DNA of 64,000 nt from Lytechinus pictus (GCF_037042905.1 NC_087245.1:5334001-5398000); one strand, 5' to 3'. Positions 25,001 to 40,000 are shown, numbered from the stretch's first letter. Notes: generated by a model not told the origin, from the letters alone. Made by a program: numbers and translations.

Positions 25001-26862
25001 TTCACGATGAAAACATCAGAAGACAAAAATGATGATGATTACAATAATGAAAGAATAATAATTATAATCACATTCATCATTATGGATTTAACCATTCAAT
25101 TTAAGAATTTAAACCTGAATATAACAATGATGATGATGATGATAATCATTATATTTATCATAATTATTCTATGTTATATGTCTGTTTTGCTATAGCAAGT
25201 CACATTGAAGAATAATATAATTTTGCATTGAAAGTCAATATTAATATATGTATACAAGTTACACATAGACTATACCTATAATGTATTTTTGAAAAACATT
25301 GAAAATTATTTTGAAGCAAAGTACAATAATAGGTAATTAATGTATTCATAGCATAACATAAGTTGTGGCCAATTAAAACATGTATAACTTATATGCATGT
25401 AGTTGTATAAAGTACTTCAAAATAATATATTTGATGTGTTATTAACGGTAATACAATATTTCATATTGTAGTGGTTGGTTTATCACTTCATCCCACCCCA
25501 CCCTCACACACATACACAAGCAAACTTAAGGTTTTCAATGAATTTTCATTCATTTTCATTTTAAAAAAGTATCAAAAACCTCATACCATTAAGGGCCTAT
25601 AGTGGCCATTCTGAATATGCAGGATTTCTCATCAAAATGACACAGGATATGATTTATTTTGTTAGAAATTGTGTTTTCAGACATTTCACTCATGAACACA
25701 ATTATATGCATTTTATAGTCAATGTCAAGCTTAACCAAATTCTGTAAAAATTATTTTCCCCATTCAAATTGTACACAATGTCATGGTGGCCATTTTGAAT
25801 TATTAAATATAGGATTTAATAAATGATATATTTCACTAGAAATCCCCTTTTCAGACAATATTTTACTTATAAATCACAATTACATGCATTTTATTTTTTA
25901 CTCTTGTGACAATTAGTTTTGCATTAATATAGTTAGGGCCTATGGCAACCATTTTGAATGTCAAAATATATATTTATCACTTTCATGGCAAAAGAAATGA
26001 TATAATTTGTTAGAAATCATGTTGTCCGATATTATATCACTAATACATTGCAATTATACACATTTTGAATTCAAGCAATGTCAAATTCTTATTGTACATA
26101 ATATAAGGGGTATATGGCAGTCATTTTGAATATCAAAATACAGTATTTGTCACATACATGGCATATTGATGATATATTTTGTTAACAATCATGCTTTCAG
26201 TCAGTAGCCAACTCATAGCATAACAACATATATTTAAGTGCTCACTTCTGTGATATTATTTTCCTCAATCATAAAAGTATAGAGGGGTCTATGACAGCCA
26301 ATTTGAATATGAAGAGAATAAAGATAAGCCCCTGTACCTAAAATCATGTTTTAGACAGTATTTCACTCTTGCATCAAAATTACCGGCATTTTGATAGGCA
26401 ATGTTTTTGTGATTACCATGGGATATTTGCATATTTTGGCAGACATATTGAATTTGAACAATTTTGCCAATTCCCAATTGACATGAAACCATTAAAAAAC
26501 ATTTATATATCAAGAAAAAAGGTTGGGTCCATTTTCTATGGGGGCACGGCCTATCCTGGACTATTATTGGTGTTAAGCATCTGTTCCTGCAAAACAATAA
26601 ATTGGAATAGTACAGACACTTTTTTTTTGGGGGGGGGGGGCGCGAGATTTATCAAATTTTTAATGATATTTTATAAGGGTTACTTTCCTTTCATGAAATT
26701 CTTAATAATCACACTGAGCTTTGCAAAACTAACATACAGTCACTTCCAAACTAGATATTAGATGTTGCAAGAAAGTGACAAGTGTTGTATGATGCAGGCT
26801 GCTGGATGAATAATGAGATCCACAATTTGTGTTTGTTATAAGGTTAATAGACAAAGTCAGAA

Positions 26863-28296
26863 AACAAGGTGATTCACGAACGAGTCTCACCTGATTTTGT
26901 GTTCAATAAAATATGCGATATGATCTTTGACCCGTAAATGACTTTTGACCTAATGAACCTCTTGAACACTCATGTGTGGTATTACCCAATGATTATTTGT
27001 ACCAAGTGCATAAAAAAAATGATGCAGAAATAGAGAAATGAGAGCAAGTTGAACAAATACTTGAAAAACGGATGGACATGACCTCATATCATTCGACCTT
27101 TGACCCTGTCATCCTCATGAGCACACATGTGGTATTATCAGGATCATTTGAACCAAGTGTGATCATAATTGATGCAGAAATACGAAATGAGAGTATGCTG
27201 CACAAAAACTACAAAAAAGGAAAGGATGGACATAGCCTCATATCACTTGAACTTTTGACCCTTAGATGACCTTTGACCCCATCATCCTCATGGAGTCATG
27301 GACACAAATGTAGTATTACCCAAGTATCATATGAACCGAGTATGAACATTTGAACATAAATGATGTAGAAATAAAGAAATGGAAGCAAATTGAACAAGCA
27401 AGTGGAGCGCCTCTGGCAATCTCGCCTGCATTACGCAATTCAATAAAGCAGCAGTGCTGAATTTGAAAATAACTATAGAATAATCATTTACAAAAAACAT
27501 TCATATGATGATAAAACACTATGTCCATTGACCCTAAATGACATTTGATCGTGATCGTGTGACTGAAGACTTGTGCAACACGATCAGTGATAATTGATTA
27601 CCTTATGTCCACATTTCATGAACTAGATCCATAAACTTTCAAAGTTATGATGGCAATTCAACAAATACCCCCAACACGGCCAAAGTTCTTTGACCTTGGT
27701 CACGTGACTTGAAACTCGCGCAGGATGTTCACCGATGCTTGATAACTCTTATGTCCATGTATCATGAACTTGATCCATGCTTTCAGAGTTCTGACTTTCA
27801 AAACACTTAACCTTGGTTAAGATTTCATTTTGACTCCCCAACATAATCTAAGTTCATTGACCCTAAATGACATTTGACCTTGGTCATGTAAACAAGGGAT
27901 GTTCAGTGATACTTGATTACTCTTATGTCCATGTTTCATGAACCAGATCCATAAACTTTCAAAGTTATGGTGGAAATAAAAAAATACCCCCAATATGGCC
28001 AAAGTTCATTGACCCTAAATGACATTAGACCATGGTCATGTGACCTCAAACTATGGCAGGATGTTCAGTAATACTTAATAACCACTATGTCCAAGTTTTA
28101 CGAACTAGGCCAATATACTTTATAAGTTATGATGACATTTTAAAAACTTAACCTTTAAGCTAAAGATTTGATGTTGACGATGCGGCGCCTGTCTCGCTCT
28201 GCTATGCAAGCAAGACAAAAACTGTAACATTTTTGTAACAGATCAATAGGAAAAGTGATCACTAGGCTTCTGCCGAAATTTGTTCAGGTGAGACAA
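26863..28296 (-). mobile_element. Helentron-type non-autonomous element (HINE-like) with a second one nested at ~27398-28220
   Basis: Outer subterminal IR GTCTCACCTGA / TCAGGTGAGAC; inner (A)TCTCGCCTGCA / TGCAAGCAAGAC with GCCTCTGGC hairpin; ends read ...CTTGT(T) on minus; internal tandem units rich in TGACC. Confidence 0.65.
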
Positions 28297-28717
28297 CAAA
28301 AAGGAAGGCATTACAAGTATGTTTATCAGAAGTGACATGACTCACTCTGAGAGAAAAAAAAAAGTTATAGTATTCGAACAAATTTACAAACATAATATCA
28401 TGTTTTGTATTTTATCTTGATCAACAATGCAATAAAAATATAACAAGGATAAACATATTAATGTAACTTAAGCAAACAGTATGAGCCATTCAGAAATAAA
28501 ATAGAATGAAAAGAATGGAGATGAAAGAGGGAAGAATGACAATATAAATATACTTCATGGCCAAATTAATTATAATAGAAAAAAGTGTAAAAAAAGGATG
28601 CATCAAAATGACTGGCACGAATAATAATACAAGCACATTAAACGTATCACACACTATTTATGTGAGAGGAGACAGAGAGAGAAAGAAAGAGAGAGAGTAG
28701 GGAAATACATGACATAG

Positions 28718-31700
28718 GGTGCATTTATGCGCCACTTTTTTACCCTAGAATCATGATCTGAATCATGATTCTGCAGAATCACGATTGCAATTAGTCAAAA
28801 GTGAAAATAAACGTCTATCAAATCACAAACATGAAACACGGAAAAAGGGGCGTTTGGAAAGACGTTTTTGTAGAATCACGAACGAAAAAGGTAGTATAAA
28901 CGCAATCGCGATTTGAATCATGATTCTATGATGTCACTTAATGTTGTAACCCGCACCCGTTGCGGTACGGGTTAACCTGCCGGTATGCCCCCGATCGCGG
29001 AATGCGGGCCGGGCCGAGTTCATTCTCAAACCCGCAGACCGTCATGCGAAAAAAAAGGGAGAAGTAACGACGCATAATAAAAACATTAACAATGAAAATT
29101 GAGTTAGGATCATGTGCTTCTTACGTGGCGGATTCTTTTAGAGACGTAGATATTTCCTTTTAAAAAAATGCTGGCGTGTTTTTGTCTTGTGAACAGTGAA
29201 CAGGACTGAGACAGTTCGACATAAATACATCGAGTTGCTCTTTCTAAGAAGGATCAGAGCGCGCGCCAGTGCAGCGCAGCACAGTCTAGTCAAAAGCAAT
29301 CGCATAGGCCAATGAAACTCAATGTCGAGTTTCCCGTCCCATTTTTTCCAGCTCATAATGAGGATTTCATTATTCATTATTTTCCAGAAGATGAAAGTTT
29401 GACCTTTTGTAACCTTTGAACGCACTTTTATTCTGTGGAACTGTCTTGAAGCCAGGGAGCAAATCAATCATTTTTTTCGGGGGTTCCATTTTCATTTTTT
29501 TGTAATATTTCAGGGTCTCCATTTCTACCGTTTTGGAGGCTACTTTTTTCATTTCGGGGGCTCTTTTCAAATGCTAAGTTTTTGTATTTTGAGGAATTCC
29601 TGTTCACTTATTAAATTAATTATTACTTATTGTTTAATATTGCATGATTTTAAAGTTATTTTTTTCATGCTTAGAATCTTGGATGTGGGTGTGTTTGTGT
29701 GGGTGTGACTATGAGTTGAACTTGGATATAAATGAATTCAATATCTAATTTCTACTCCATCTAATTCCAGTACTTGGCCATGTAATAAAGGCCCACATAC
29801 CCTAACTTTTCCTGATGTTCTTTGAAAACGCAGATCTCCACGAAAATTGCATTTCTCTATGGGGGAGTCTAAATTTGGTGAGAATGAACTCATTAATAAC
29901 TTAAATATACATGACAGTGAAGAAATCATCTAACTTTATTGGCAGTTTTGAATAATATTCCCGAAATATAAACTCTGTCTGAAACATAAAATCACCATCA
30001 TTGAGGCCTTTACAGAGCGAATTGTCCCCCAGAGCTCTGGCAGAGAGACAGAGCTCAGACTGGCTAGCTAGTACAAGCGCCAATGCGTACGTGCGTGAGC
30101 CTCCCGTCGGCCTTGTAAAACAGATTGAGTTTTGTTTGATGATTTTTTTGTCTGATATGCCGTATGACAACTCACCAATGCGAGGTTACTAGACTATGGG
30201 ATTTATTGAGGTAGCTCGACCAAACCTCGAGCGATGTTCGTGCAGGCTCCACTCCACTTCACTACCGCTACATCGGGTAGGTAGAGCGTAGTGTAGCAGA
30301 AGTGAAGTTGAGTGAAGCCTGCACGAACATCGCTCGAGGTGTGGTTGGATGAGCATGCAGTGTCATTCCATTCACAAGAAAAAAACAAGAAAAGAATTAC
30401 AGGTATTTACATGATATACAAGTAATTGTGACTGAAAAGCTTATATTAATGTTTTATATCAGTTCTGAATCTAGATCTATGTCAAAATAGTAAAATAATG
30501 AATTATTTTCAGAATTTGATTTTTAAACGCGGTCCAAATTTCAGAACGCGGGCGGGCGACGGGAAACTGAACATCGAATTTGCTGGGCAGCCTGGGCTAC
30601 ATGTAGCTAGCGCGCTCTGAGCTGCGGCTCCGATCCGAGGAGTTAATTGCGCAATGCTTTCGATTACGAGATCAGAGCCGACCCATTTCGGGTACAAAGT
30701 AACCCCCAAAAACATTTTCTCTCCGGAATAAAAGGCGAATTTGCAAATTGTAAGTAAATTCACTCTAGGCTAGGTTAGTAGTTGGCATATATTTTCGTGA
30801 TTTGAGCCTGTAGGATGGGGGGTCGGGTGTCCGGACACTTTATCTTTTTGAAGCCTTCTTTTTTGTCTTTGGATTACACTAAAAATATGAATTCAATACT
30901 TGTAATCATAATTCTGTTTTGTTCTTTATAATATTTCCTAACGTTTTGTACTAAAAATTGATGAAACTTCGCTTGTAATTTTTTCCAAATGACTTTCTAA
31001 AATTGATCGTCCGGACACACAACCTGTCCGGACACACAACAACTGGGTATATAGTATGGGGATTGCAGAAATAATTTTCATTTTTCAAAGATAAAACCCG
31101 ACGGGTTAGCGGGTCCCGCTTGCAAATTATTGGATTATACGGGACGGTACGGTTCGGGTTTTCACTTGCGGGTTACAACATTAATGTCACTGTGTCGGTT
31201 TGACTCTTGCCAAGCTCAAGGCGCTCTATATGCTCAGTGTTTGTACATAATTATGTGCGATGCATGCATTTCTTGTCATGTTCAAGTTCTGCGTTGGTCA
31301 TTGCATCGTCCACTACTTTTCATTTTTTGGTCATGTCTTCAACTTCAAGTTCTAGTAAATGAATTAACTGGACAGACAATGATCTCAGTTTAACAGTGTC
31401 AATATTAAATTGGATCTATGCTGAAATTCACTTCGGAACAACATTTTCGATAAACCGACAAGATGAATAGAAGCATGGACCCTATGATAAAAGTAAACAA
31501 AATGAGACTGAATTCTGGAAGCAAAGAGATTTTTTCAAGAGCCGAAACACGTGCGAAAAACTTCCTCTGTCAAACTGCGCACTAGTGATGCGCACTGGAT
31601 TGGCCCTAATCTGAGGAGAAACAGCATCGGAATGAAGGTCGTCTAAACGCTGATTCTGTGATATTGTGATTCATGTTTGTGATTTGAATCATGATTCAAA

Positions 31701-31734
31701 TCATGATTCTGGCTTGAGGTCGCGTAAACGCAGC
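28718..31734. mobile_element. TIR MITE (GGTGCATTTATGCG / CGCGTAAACGCAGC) interrupted by a hAT element
   Basis: Inverted ends with repeated GAATCATGATTC palindromes on both sides of the insertion. Confidence 0.6.
28939..31183. mobile_element. Non-autonomous hAT transposon, 2.2 kb
   Basis: Perfect 17-bp TIR TAATGTTGTAACCCGCA; perfect 8-bp TSD ATGTCACT (28931-28938, 31184-31191); CCCG/CGGG-rich subtermini; no transposase ORF. Confidence 0.92.
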
Positions 31735-32937
31735 AAAATTCTCTATAATTGTTGTATCCTTTAACTGCAAATGGAGGTAGCAGGTCCATTTCAGTAACAT
31801 CACACACAAGTGACACAACCAAAGAAAACTAAACAAATTCCAAGGCATACTACACAATATTTAAAGGCAATTTTTTCTCTCATATTAAATATTTAAGTCT
31901 GCAATGGACAAGTACGATTTGCAAACAAAATTGAATATGTTTACATGTAAACTATATAACATATGATTCTTTTTTGTTGTTGTTGTAAGTTTGTAACCAC
32001 ATCATAAAATATACTTTGTATACACTACTTTGTACATACTGTACATGTACACATTTTACATGAGATTGTACATTACATACAGTTCCTGATTTATCCTTTC
32101 AAACTATTGTTATGAACATATATAAAAGACAATCAAAAAGTATCAAAAAGATTGTACTTTATAATCATTATAGTCAGTATTGCATTTCAGCTGCATAAAA
32201 TCACAATCATATGCAAATAAATTGTTAATGTCTTTGTTTCGTATTTTTCTTTGTTTCCTTTTTGTAAATCAAAGGAAACAGGTGCACATATTTTAGAGAA
32301 AATTTTTACATTCCAATTTGAACAGAAATTGAAGCATTACATTATATCGTATGCTTGTTGATTTATTTTCTGTTGATTCAAATCAACTTGCCAGAGGGTG
32401 GGACTAGACCGCTAATTTTGAGGTAGCATATACAAACAACAAAGAAGAAAAAATGCAGATGCATAGAAGTATTACTGCCATTTCACTTTCTCTTCTTCAG
32501 AGTGGATTATTCATGTTAAATAAATTCTAGTCAAAGTTAAGCTCAGAGTCTAAGACCGAGATTTGTGTTTGTTGTGAATGTAATAATCACCCTACCCCCA
32601 CATATTACAAAGGCCAGAAGATTGTGTACATTGTATCACAATTAGGCATCACCTACAACTTGATGACTGTCACTATGTCTATCACTGGCTTTCAGTGAAA
32701 CATCACACTGGTTTTAATACACATTTTAATAGCTAAACTTCATTGTATTTTCAAATTTTCTTCTCAGATTATTCTGCTCATCCACTTCTAGTTACATTGC
32801 ATCTTGTAAATCCACAAGGTCAGGTATGGAAGATTTCCTTTACTAAATGGTGCCTCACATTATGTAATGATTTCACAAACCCATGATCAAATTTGTAGTA
32901 CTGTACATTGGAAAACCCTTAAGAATCAAAATATCTG

Positions 32938-33212
32938 GGCCCCGTCTTACAAAGAGTTATGATTGATCCAATTAATCACAACTATGGAAAGCCAGCGACA
33001 TCAACATCTAAAATGCATGCTTCTTAAAATACTTTTTAAGTATGATGTATTATCATACATTCACTGTTTTCTTGACAATTCAGTGTGCTCCTCTTTATTT
33101 TTAAAGGAAATTGTGCAAATTTCCTAAAGAAAAACATATGACAGTGATGGATTTCCAAAAACTTGAGTTTGATCTGATCAATTGTACATGTAACTCTTTG
33201 TAAGAAGGGGTC
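32938..33212. mobile_element. MITE, Harbinger-like (CWG target)
   Basis: GGCCCCGTCTTACAAAGAGTTA / TAACTCTTTGTAAGAAGGGGTC, flanked by CTG and CAG. Confidence 0.7.
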
Positions 33213-33968
33213 CAGGTATGCGAGGTGTGAACTAAATGTAGTTCTTGAAGGCAAAATGACAGTGTTCAAATTACCAACCGTTTACTGTGATATCCCTCAG
33301 GGATACCCTGGTGAGTGGGAGATCCCCTTGAAAACACAGTCTGACCGCTTGAGAGAAAAATTCTGTCTCCCATACCGAATCATACCATCCCCCCCCCCCC
33401 CCCCCGTTTTTGTTTTGAAAGGGTAGGCAATATTCCACCGAACACCCATTCAGTTTATGCAGAGACAATGAACTGCTTCACCACGCACGGCAGTAAGCAC
33501 AGACTCGTCCCCAAGAGATTGAGGGACGTGTGAACGCTCTGTTCTAAAACAAATTAACCATCCTCTGGTAAACCTTAAGTAACAGGGGACAGAGTAAATC
33601 CCAGGTGAGATTCAAGCGTTACTATAATAGGACTTGAACAAGGATGGTGGAAGATGTCCGCTCTGTAAACACTTTCCTCTTTCTTCCTATTCTTTTAATA
33701 ATCAATGAAGCCCTGATTACTTAGTCGCCTATTCATTATACACTTATGACGTGATACAGGTGCCAAATTCCCCCACAGCAATCACTTCATGACATTGACA
33801 ATAATTGGTGTTTTATGCCATCCTAGCCATAGTTATTTGGTTTAAAAATCTTTGTGATCATATCACATGCATCATATTCATGCAACTTGTTACCACAACT
33901 TGTGAGTACATGTAAGTCATCTTAGTCATCTTGTAGTGAGGCTGCGAATATAAGTGGTTTCGTGCCTT

Positions 33969-34065
33969 CTAGCTTTTCCTTGGTCCTTTGAAGTTCCTGA
34001 GAAAGCTGACTCCACCTCCTCCGCTAAAATCCAGAAGAGCTGTGAAGGCACTAACTGGTAAAATA
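33969..34065 (-). CDS. SDR16C-like terminal exon (ILPVSAFTALLDFSGGGGVSFLRNFKGPRKS*)
   Basis: cttcttccag| acceptor in the right phase; ILP...D..G...F.G C-terminus typical of the family. Confidence 0.85.
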
Positions 34066-37000
34066 CTGGAAGAAGAGGATAGATATATCAAGAAAGAAAA
34101 GGAGAGAGAGAGAGATAAAAGAGAGAGATGAACAGAAAAGAAAGAAAGTGTGATAGCGTAAGAGATGACAATGGTTGCAAGATGGGAAAGTATGATTACA
34201 AAAAGATGGAGGATGAGACAGACATAGGCACAGGTATGTGCATTCACATAGGAGACAATAGGGAAAGCAGGAGGAAAAAACAGGAGAAAAGAAAATAAAT
34301 TAAAGTATCTTTAAGCATGGTAATTCAACAGGGATCATTTTCATTTATACAAGAAATTTAAAGATAAAAGTATTGTTTAGAAGTGGGAGAGGTTGATATA
34401 ACTACCAGTACTTTTTTAATAGCTAGAATTAAAATGATTACATAAATATATTTGTTAGATTGTAATTACAAACACAGTTAACATATTTTTTTAGTAAAGT
34501 TGGTTATTCATACTGTATATTGAAATTTGTACTGGGTTTCTTACAAAGTCACCCATGTGAAGAAGATTGAGTTCCTGCGAATATGTGAGTACAATCCATG
34601 TGCACATTCAAAGTGGGAAGCTCTCTGCAAAAATCATTGGACCTTTTTTTTTTTTTTTACTATGATTATCATAGTAAAAAAAAAAAAAAAGCTCCAATGT
34701 GTGAAACTTGAATTATTTTCAAAACTGAAAAGTCACCAGACTATACATGTATATGTGAAAAGGTGACTTAGGTCAGTTGGGTGGATGTTTTCATGAAATT
34801 GAGACAATACAGACCATTTTTGATAGATTTAAAAGCAAATTGCTGGCTGATAATGACAATTGCTTGTGATTTACAATGTTAATGGCAGGGATTCATTAAA
34901 AAAAAATATCAAAATGACTTTCAAATCATAATCCAAAACTCCATGCAAATTATCTTCTATATCATACACCCACATGTTAGCTTTGAATTCACCACCCTGA
35001 AATGTACCGGTACTTTTCTAATTACTATGTTTCACATATCTGTTCTAAAGGGCAAGTCTACCCCAATAAAGGTTAATTTGTGGTTCAATCAAGCTGTTCT
35101 TTAAGTACTGTCAAATCTGTACACACTGTAGTATTGTATACTAGTAGTTCATACACTAATTTTCATTTTTAATATTTAATAAAGGAGTAGCACATCATCA
35201 ACTCCCACATTGTATACTGTTTTGTAAAAAATAAGTGAAGCTTCAAAATTATTTTATTGATTTTGATGTACAATATTTTCAGATTGATGCTATCTTGATT
35301 TTTGTCTATTGATTCAAATGAACTTACATGTATTTTTGGGGAGGAGTCGACCTTTATAAACTTAATGACAGAGTGGTAGGCCTTCATATTTTCAACACTT
35401 AACTTATAGTATGTCACTTCAAAGTTTGATAAAATGTTCTATCAAATCTGTAACATATGAATGTACCATATGAAATCGAGACTACAAGTCCATACTGAAT
35501 GACTCGTAAGGACGTTCAATTTACATGTAATACAGGAAAGTAATCAAAACAAGGATATCATGTGATTTGATCAGGTAAAGTACTACATTTTATATGACAA
35601 AATCTGGTCATGTGACAGAATGTAAGCTAAGTGTTGTGTACATGTACTAAAGGCCACAAGGCTCATAATACCATTTGCCATTTCATTTGCTCCTGAATGC
35701 AACACTTGTTCAAGACTATGAAAACCTGCACAAAATAGCTTTTGAGGAGTTAGTGAAAAGGAGTGAAAATAAATGAAGAGTGTAAAATAACAACCCTTAC
35801 ACATTGTCGGTGGTCATCCAACTCTCATAGCACCAATCAACAATGCAAACCCAATTCAGAGAAAATCAACTTCAAAGTTTACTATAATTTTCACATTTAG
35901 TTCCCTAGCCTAACAACATATTCACTGCTAGAACAAGTGGAATGCCTCTGGCTGTCTCGCCTGCATTACACGATTCAATATAGCAGCAGTGCTGACTTTG
36001 AAAACAGCTATTGGGTGATTCCATACGTGTCGTACGGGACATTTAGAGAACATTTGACAGTTTTTTGACAAGAAAAACTAAAAATATTCCAGTAACTAAA
36101 GGTGATCATCAAGTACTACCAGAGTGTTAGAAAAACCAAGACTTAACATGACTTGAATTCACATCCTGTATAATACAGATTTAAAATAGTAATGTGTCGT
36201 ACGGACGCAGAAAAAGTGGCTTTTTTCGAAATCTCAAGTTTGTACTCTAAAGTCTGTGGGTTGGACAGATAATTTTCATAGAAACTGAACTCAAATTGAT
36301 ATTCAATTACCCAAGAACAAACACATCTATGAAAGAAAGCAAAATAAACATTCATGAATAAATAAAGCAAATTACAATTTTCGAGAACATTGTGGCGTAC
36401 GGGACACTCAAAATGTGTTGTACGGGACATCTCTAAATTGAAGCCAAAGTTTCTTACTTCATGTCTCTTTGACTTCTTCAATCACTTTATAATGATAATC
36501 CTATCAATCTAAAGACATTCATTATGTTAGAAACCGCTATTAGCTGAATATTTATGTCAATATATCTTAAACAAAATAATGTGTCGTACGGGACACTTGT
36601 GTGTCGTACAGGACACTTGTGTGTCGTACGGGACACTTGTGTGTCGTACGGGACACTTGTGTGTTGTACAGGCACTTGCGTGTTGTACTGGGCAGTCTGA
36701 ATAAAACAATGAACTGTTTATCAATCAGAAGGGGAGCATTGCCCCTTTTTAATGGAAAGTCTTTTAATAAGTAGTCATTCAGGACAATATAATTAAGTAA
36801 CCTCAATATATACAATCGGGAGCGATATGTTATCATTTTTTTTCATGATGGGAAATGTACAAGGGTTCACAGCATTTTTACGAGCTGAAAAACTTGAGGT
36901 TTTGTGTGAAGTAATATTTTAGTTAATTAACTGATGATTTCCAATACACTATTTAAACAATGAATGAATGAAACTGTTTGTGTAAATTATGGGGTGTAAA

Positions 37001-40000
37001 TTATGGGGCTAAAATGTTATAATTTTTCATATAAAATGTATCTACATACATGATATATGTCACAACTCTCATTTGTAATTTCACAAAATATTTTTTTTCT
37101 AAAGAAATGCGGTTCTACTTTTTCAAACCTTTCTGCATTTCATGAAACCATATGGTTTGTCTTATTTTCCAGAATTTTTTTTACAACTTGAAAAAAGTAA
37201 GGAGTTTCAATATAAAACAAGGCAAACGCCAAGCGTTGTCTTGCCTGCATATTGCAGTCATGAAGAGACTGTATGTCAAATCTGAAGGGTAACATTAAAG
37301 AAACTTTGACAGCTTTTCTATTGTACCATTGGCAAATTTGTGTGAATATTATAAATGGTGCCAAGAACTATAGCTCATTAAATAAATAACAACAGTTTTT
37401 AAAGAATAAACACGTAAAATACAAAATCTGGTTCAGGTATAGAGAGTACTGAGTTCTGAAGTAAAATGTTAGTGTTAAAAAGTATAAAATTATAAAGTTC
37501 ATGTCACTAGAGGAACAAAGTAGTGTGAAAGTTCATTGACCTTTGACCTTAATCAAATTCAACTCACATTCGAACCTGACCTGCACCTTCAAGAGATGGA
37601 CCTCTTTTACGAGTTTGGCGATCCCACCTCGAAGCTATAGAAGTTATTGTGTGTACAAAATAGCACAGTGCCAGTCATGGAAAGTTCATTGACCTTTGAC
37701 CTTAATCAAATTCAACTCACATTTGAACTTGACATGCACCTTCAAGAGATGGACCTCTGTTACGAGTTTGGCGATCCCACCTCGAAGCTATAGAAGTTAT
37801 TGTGTGTACAAAATAGCACAGTGCCAGTCATGGAAAGTTCATTGACCTTTGACCTTAATCAAATTCAACTCACATTTGAACTTGACCTGCACCTTCAGGA
37901 GATGGACCTCTGGTATGAATTTGGCGATCCCAACTCGAAGCTATAGAAAGTTATTATGTGTACAACATAGCACAGTGCCAGTCATGGAAAGTTCATTGAC
38001 CTTTGACCTTATTCAAATTTGACTCATATTCGAACTTGACCTGTGCCTACAGGAGATGGACCTCTGGTATGAATTTGGTGATCCCACCTCGAAGCTATAG
38101 AAAGTTATTGGGTGTACAACACAATTGTTGACGACGACGACGCCAACGCCGGAAATAGTGATACCTATGTCTCGCTCCACTATGTCTCTGATGCCAATTA
38201 AACTAATACCCCCAACACGGCCAAAGTTCATTGACCTTTAATGACCTTCGATCTTGGTCATGTGACCTGAAACACACACAGGATATTCAGGGATACATGG
38301 TTACTCTTCAGGGGCGTAGATCCATTTTTCAGATTGGGGGGGGGGGCAAAATCATGAATCAACGTTCCAAAGGCGCTCGATCACACAACCCACCCACACA
38401 CACACATAGGCCTATATATGTATATATATATATTATGACTCATGAGAAAGAGACACATATCACACACAAAAATTATAATGTGAGCGCGGAGCGCGAGCTG
38501 AAATTTTTTAGTATAGTGACCTGTCACCTGAAAACAGGAAAAAGTTACCCGTTTAGGACTGTTTGTAGTAACTCACGAGGAGGATACATATCTCACTTCA
38601 CAGATAATGCGAGTGCCGAGAGCGAGCTGAAATTTCTTTATATTCTGACCTGAAAACTTGACATTCTAATTTCTAAGCATTTTTGGTAACAATGATTAAG
38701 ATGGGTATCTAAAAGAACAATAGATGCGAAGCGCTCGTTCTGAAAAAATGACAGCTTAATGGACGTTTTTATTCAAGAACAATATACATATCCAACAAAA
38801 GATTATTGCAAATCAAAGTGGCCCGGTTTAGACCTGAAATCGGGACATTCTATTCACCTTTTTAATCATGAAAAGTATGGGTTTTTCCTAAAGAAAATGA
38901 TGCGAGCGCGAAGCGCGAGCTGAACATTTTTACATTCCACTCTGAAAAACAGACATTTTGAGCACGATTTTAAATAAGGAACGAGTTGTGTATCTCGATC
39001 AATCTCGCTTGCCGATATCTGTGTAACATTACAATTTTATTTCATTTTTGCACATCCGGAATTATTGGGGGGGCAAAACGATATGTTTGCCCCCCCAATA
39101 TTTTCACTGGTGGGGCGATCGCCCCCCCTGCCCCCCAGGATCGACGCCTCTGTTACTCTTATGTCCAAGTTTCATAAACTAGATTTATAAACTTTTAAAG
39201 TTATGACAATTCCACATATACCCCGAACCTTATAAAAGTTTGTTGACCCTAAATGACCTTTGACCTTGGTCATGTGACCTAAAACTCGCACAGGATGTTC
39301 AGAGATACTTAATTGCTCTTATGTCTAAGTTTAATGAACTACATGTAGATCCATAAAATTTCAAAGTTATGATGACATTTCAAAAACTTAACCTTGGTTA
39401 AGATTTCAATGTTGACGAAGCCGTCGTCGCCACCATCGGAAAAGTGGTGCCTATAGTCTCGCTCTGCTATGCAGGTGAGACAAAAATGCATGGTTGGAAA
39501 GACTGAGCCAATTGCTTGACATTGGTATCTTTATTTTACACAAAACCAAGAATCAGAGATAATATCGCAAAAGAGCTCACATGCTTGTAATTTTGGTTTG
39601 AGCGTTTTAGAATTTTCCTGTGCAAAAATGCCATATGGACACAATAACCCTGACTGCGATTTCAATGTGCGCGATCAGTTAATATTCAGGGATATTGTAT
39701 CGCCTTTTCATATGCAAAGTCAATGCAGTGCCAATACGATGGTTTGGCTGGCCGTGCATATTAAGTACGCACAGCTGTTGTTTGCTTTGCTACAGTATAC
39801 ATGTACGTCTCAAATGAGATTTGCGGATTTTATCAACATTTTGGATGGTATCGCCGTGAAAATTCCCACATATCTCAGAAACTAGAATAAATTGCTGCCC
39901 AGAAACTTAGTTATGTATAGAAAGGACTTTCAATTGCTGCAAAAATCTCAAAATCAAATTTTTGACCAAAATGGAAGAAACAACGGTTAGGATGAACCAT

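Larger units (their letters stand above)
35932..39486 (-). mobile_element. HINE-like element (same family as 27398-28220) expanded by nested insertions
   Basis: AACAAGTGGAATGCCTCTGGCTGTCTCGCCTGCA ... GTCTCGCTCTGCTATGCAGGTGAGACAAAAA; internal segments match 27400-28220. Confidence 0.65.

Noticed and set aside
27699..27708. Perfect CLEAR/E-box GTCACGTGAC upstream of a lysosomal enzyme gene
   Set aside because: Lies inside a repeat more than 5 kb from the presumed start; sibling units read GTCATGTGAC.
35583..35804. Possible alternative last exon of the SDR gene (tttgtgcag acceptor)
   Set aside because: In the required phase it stops after two codons and has no family similarity.
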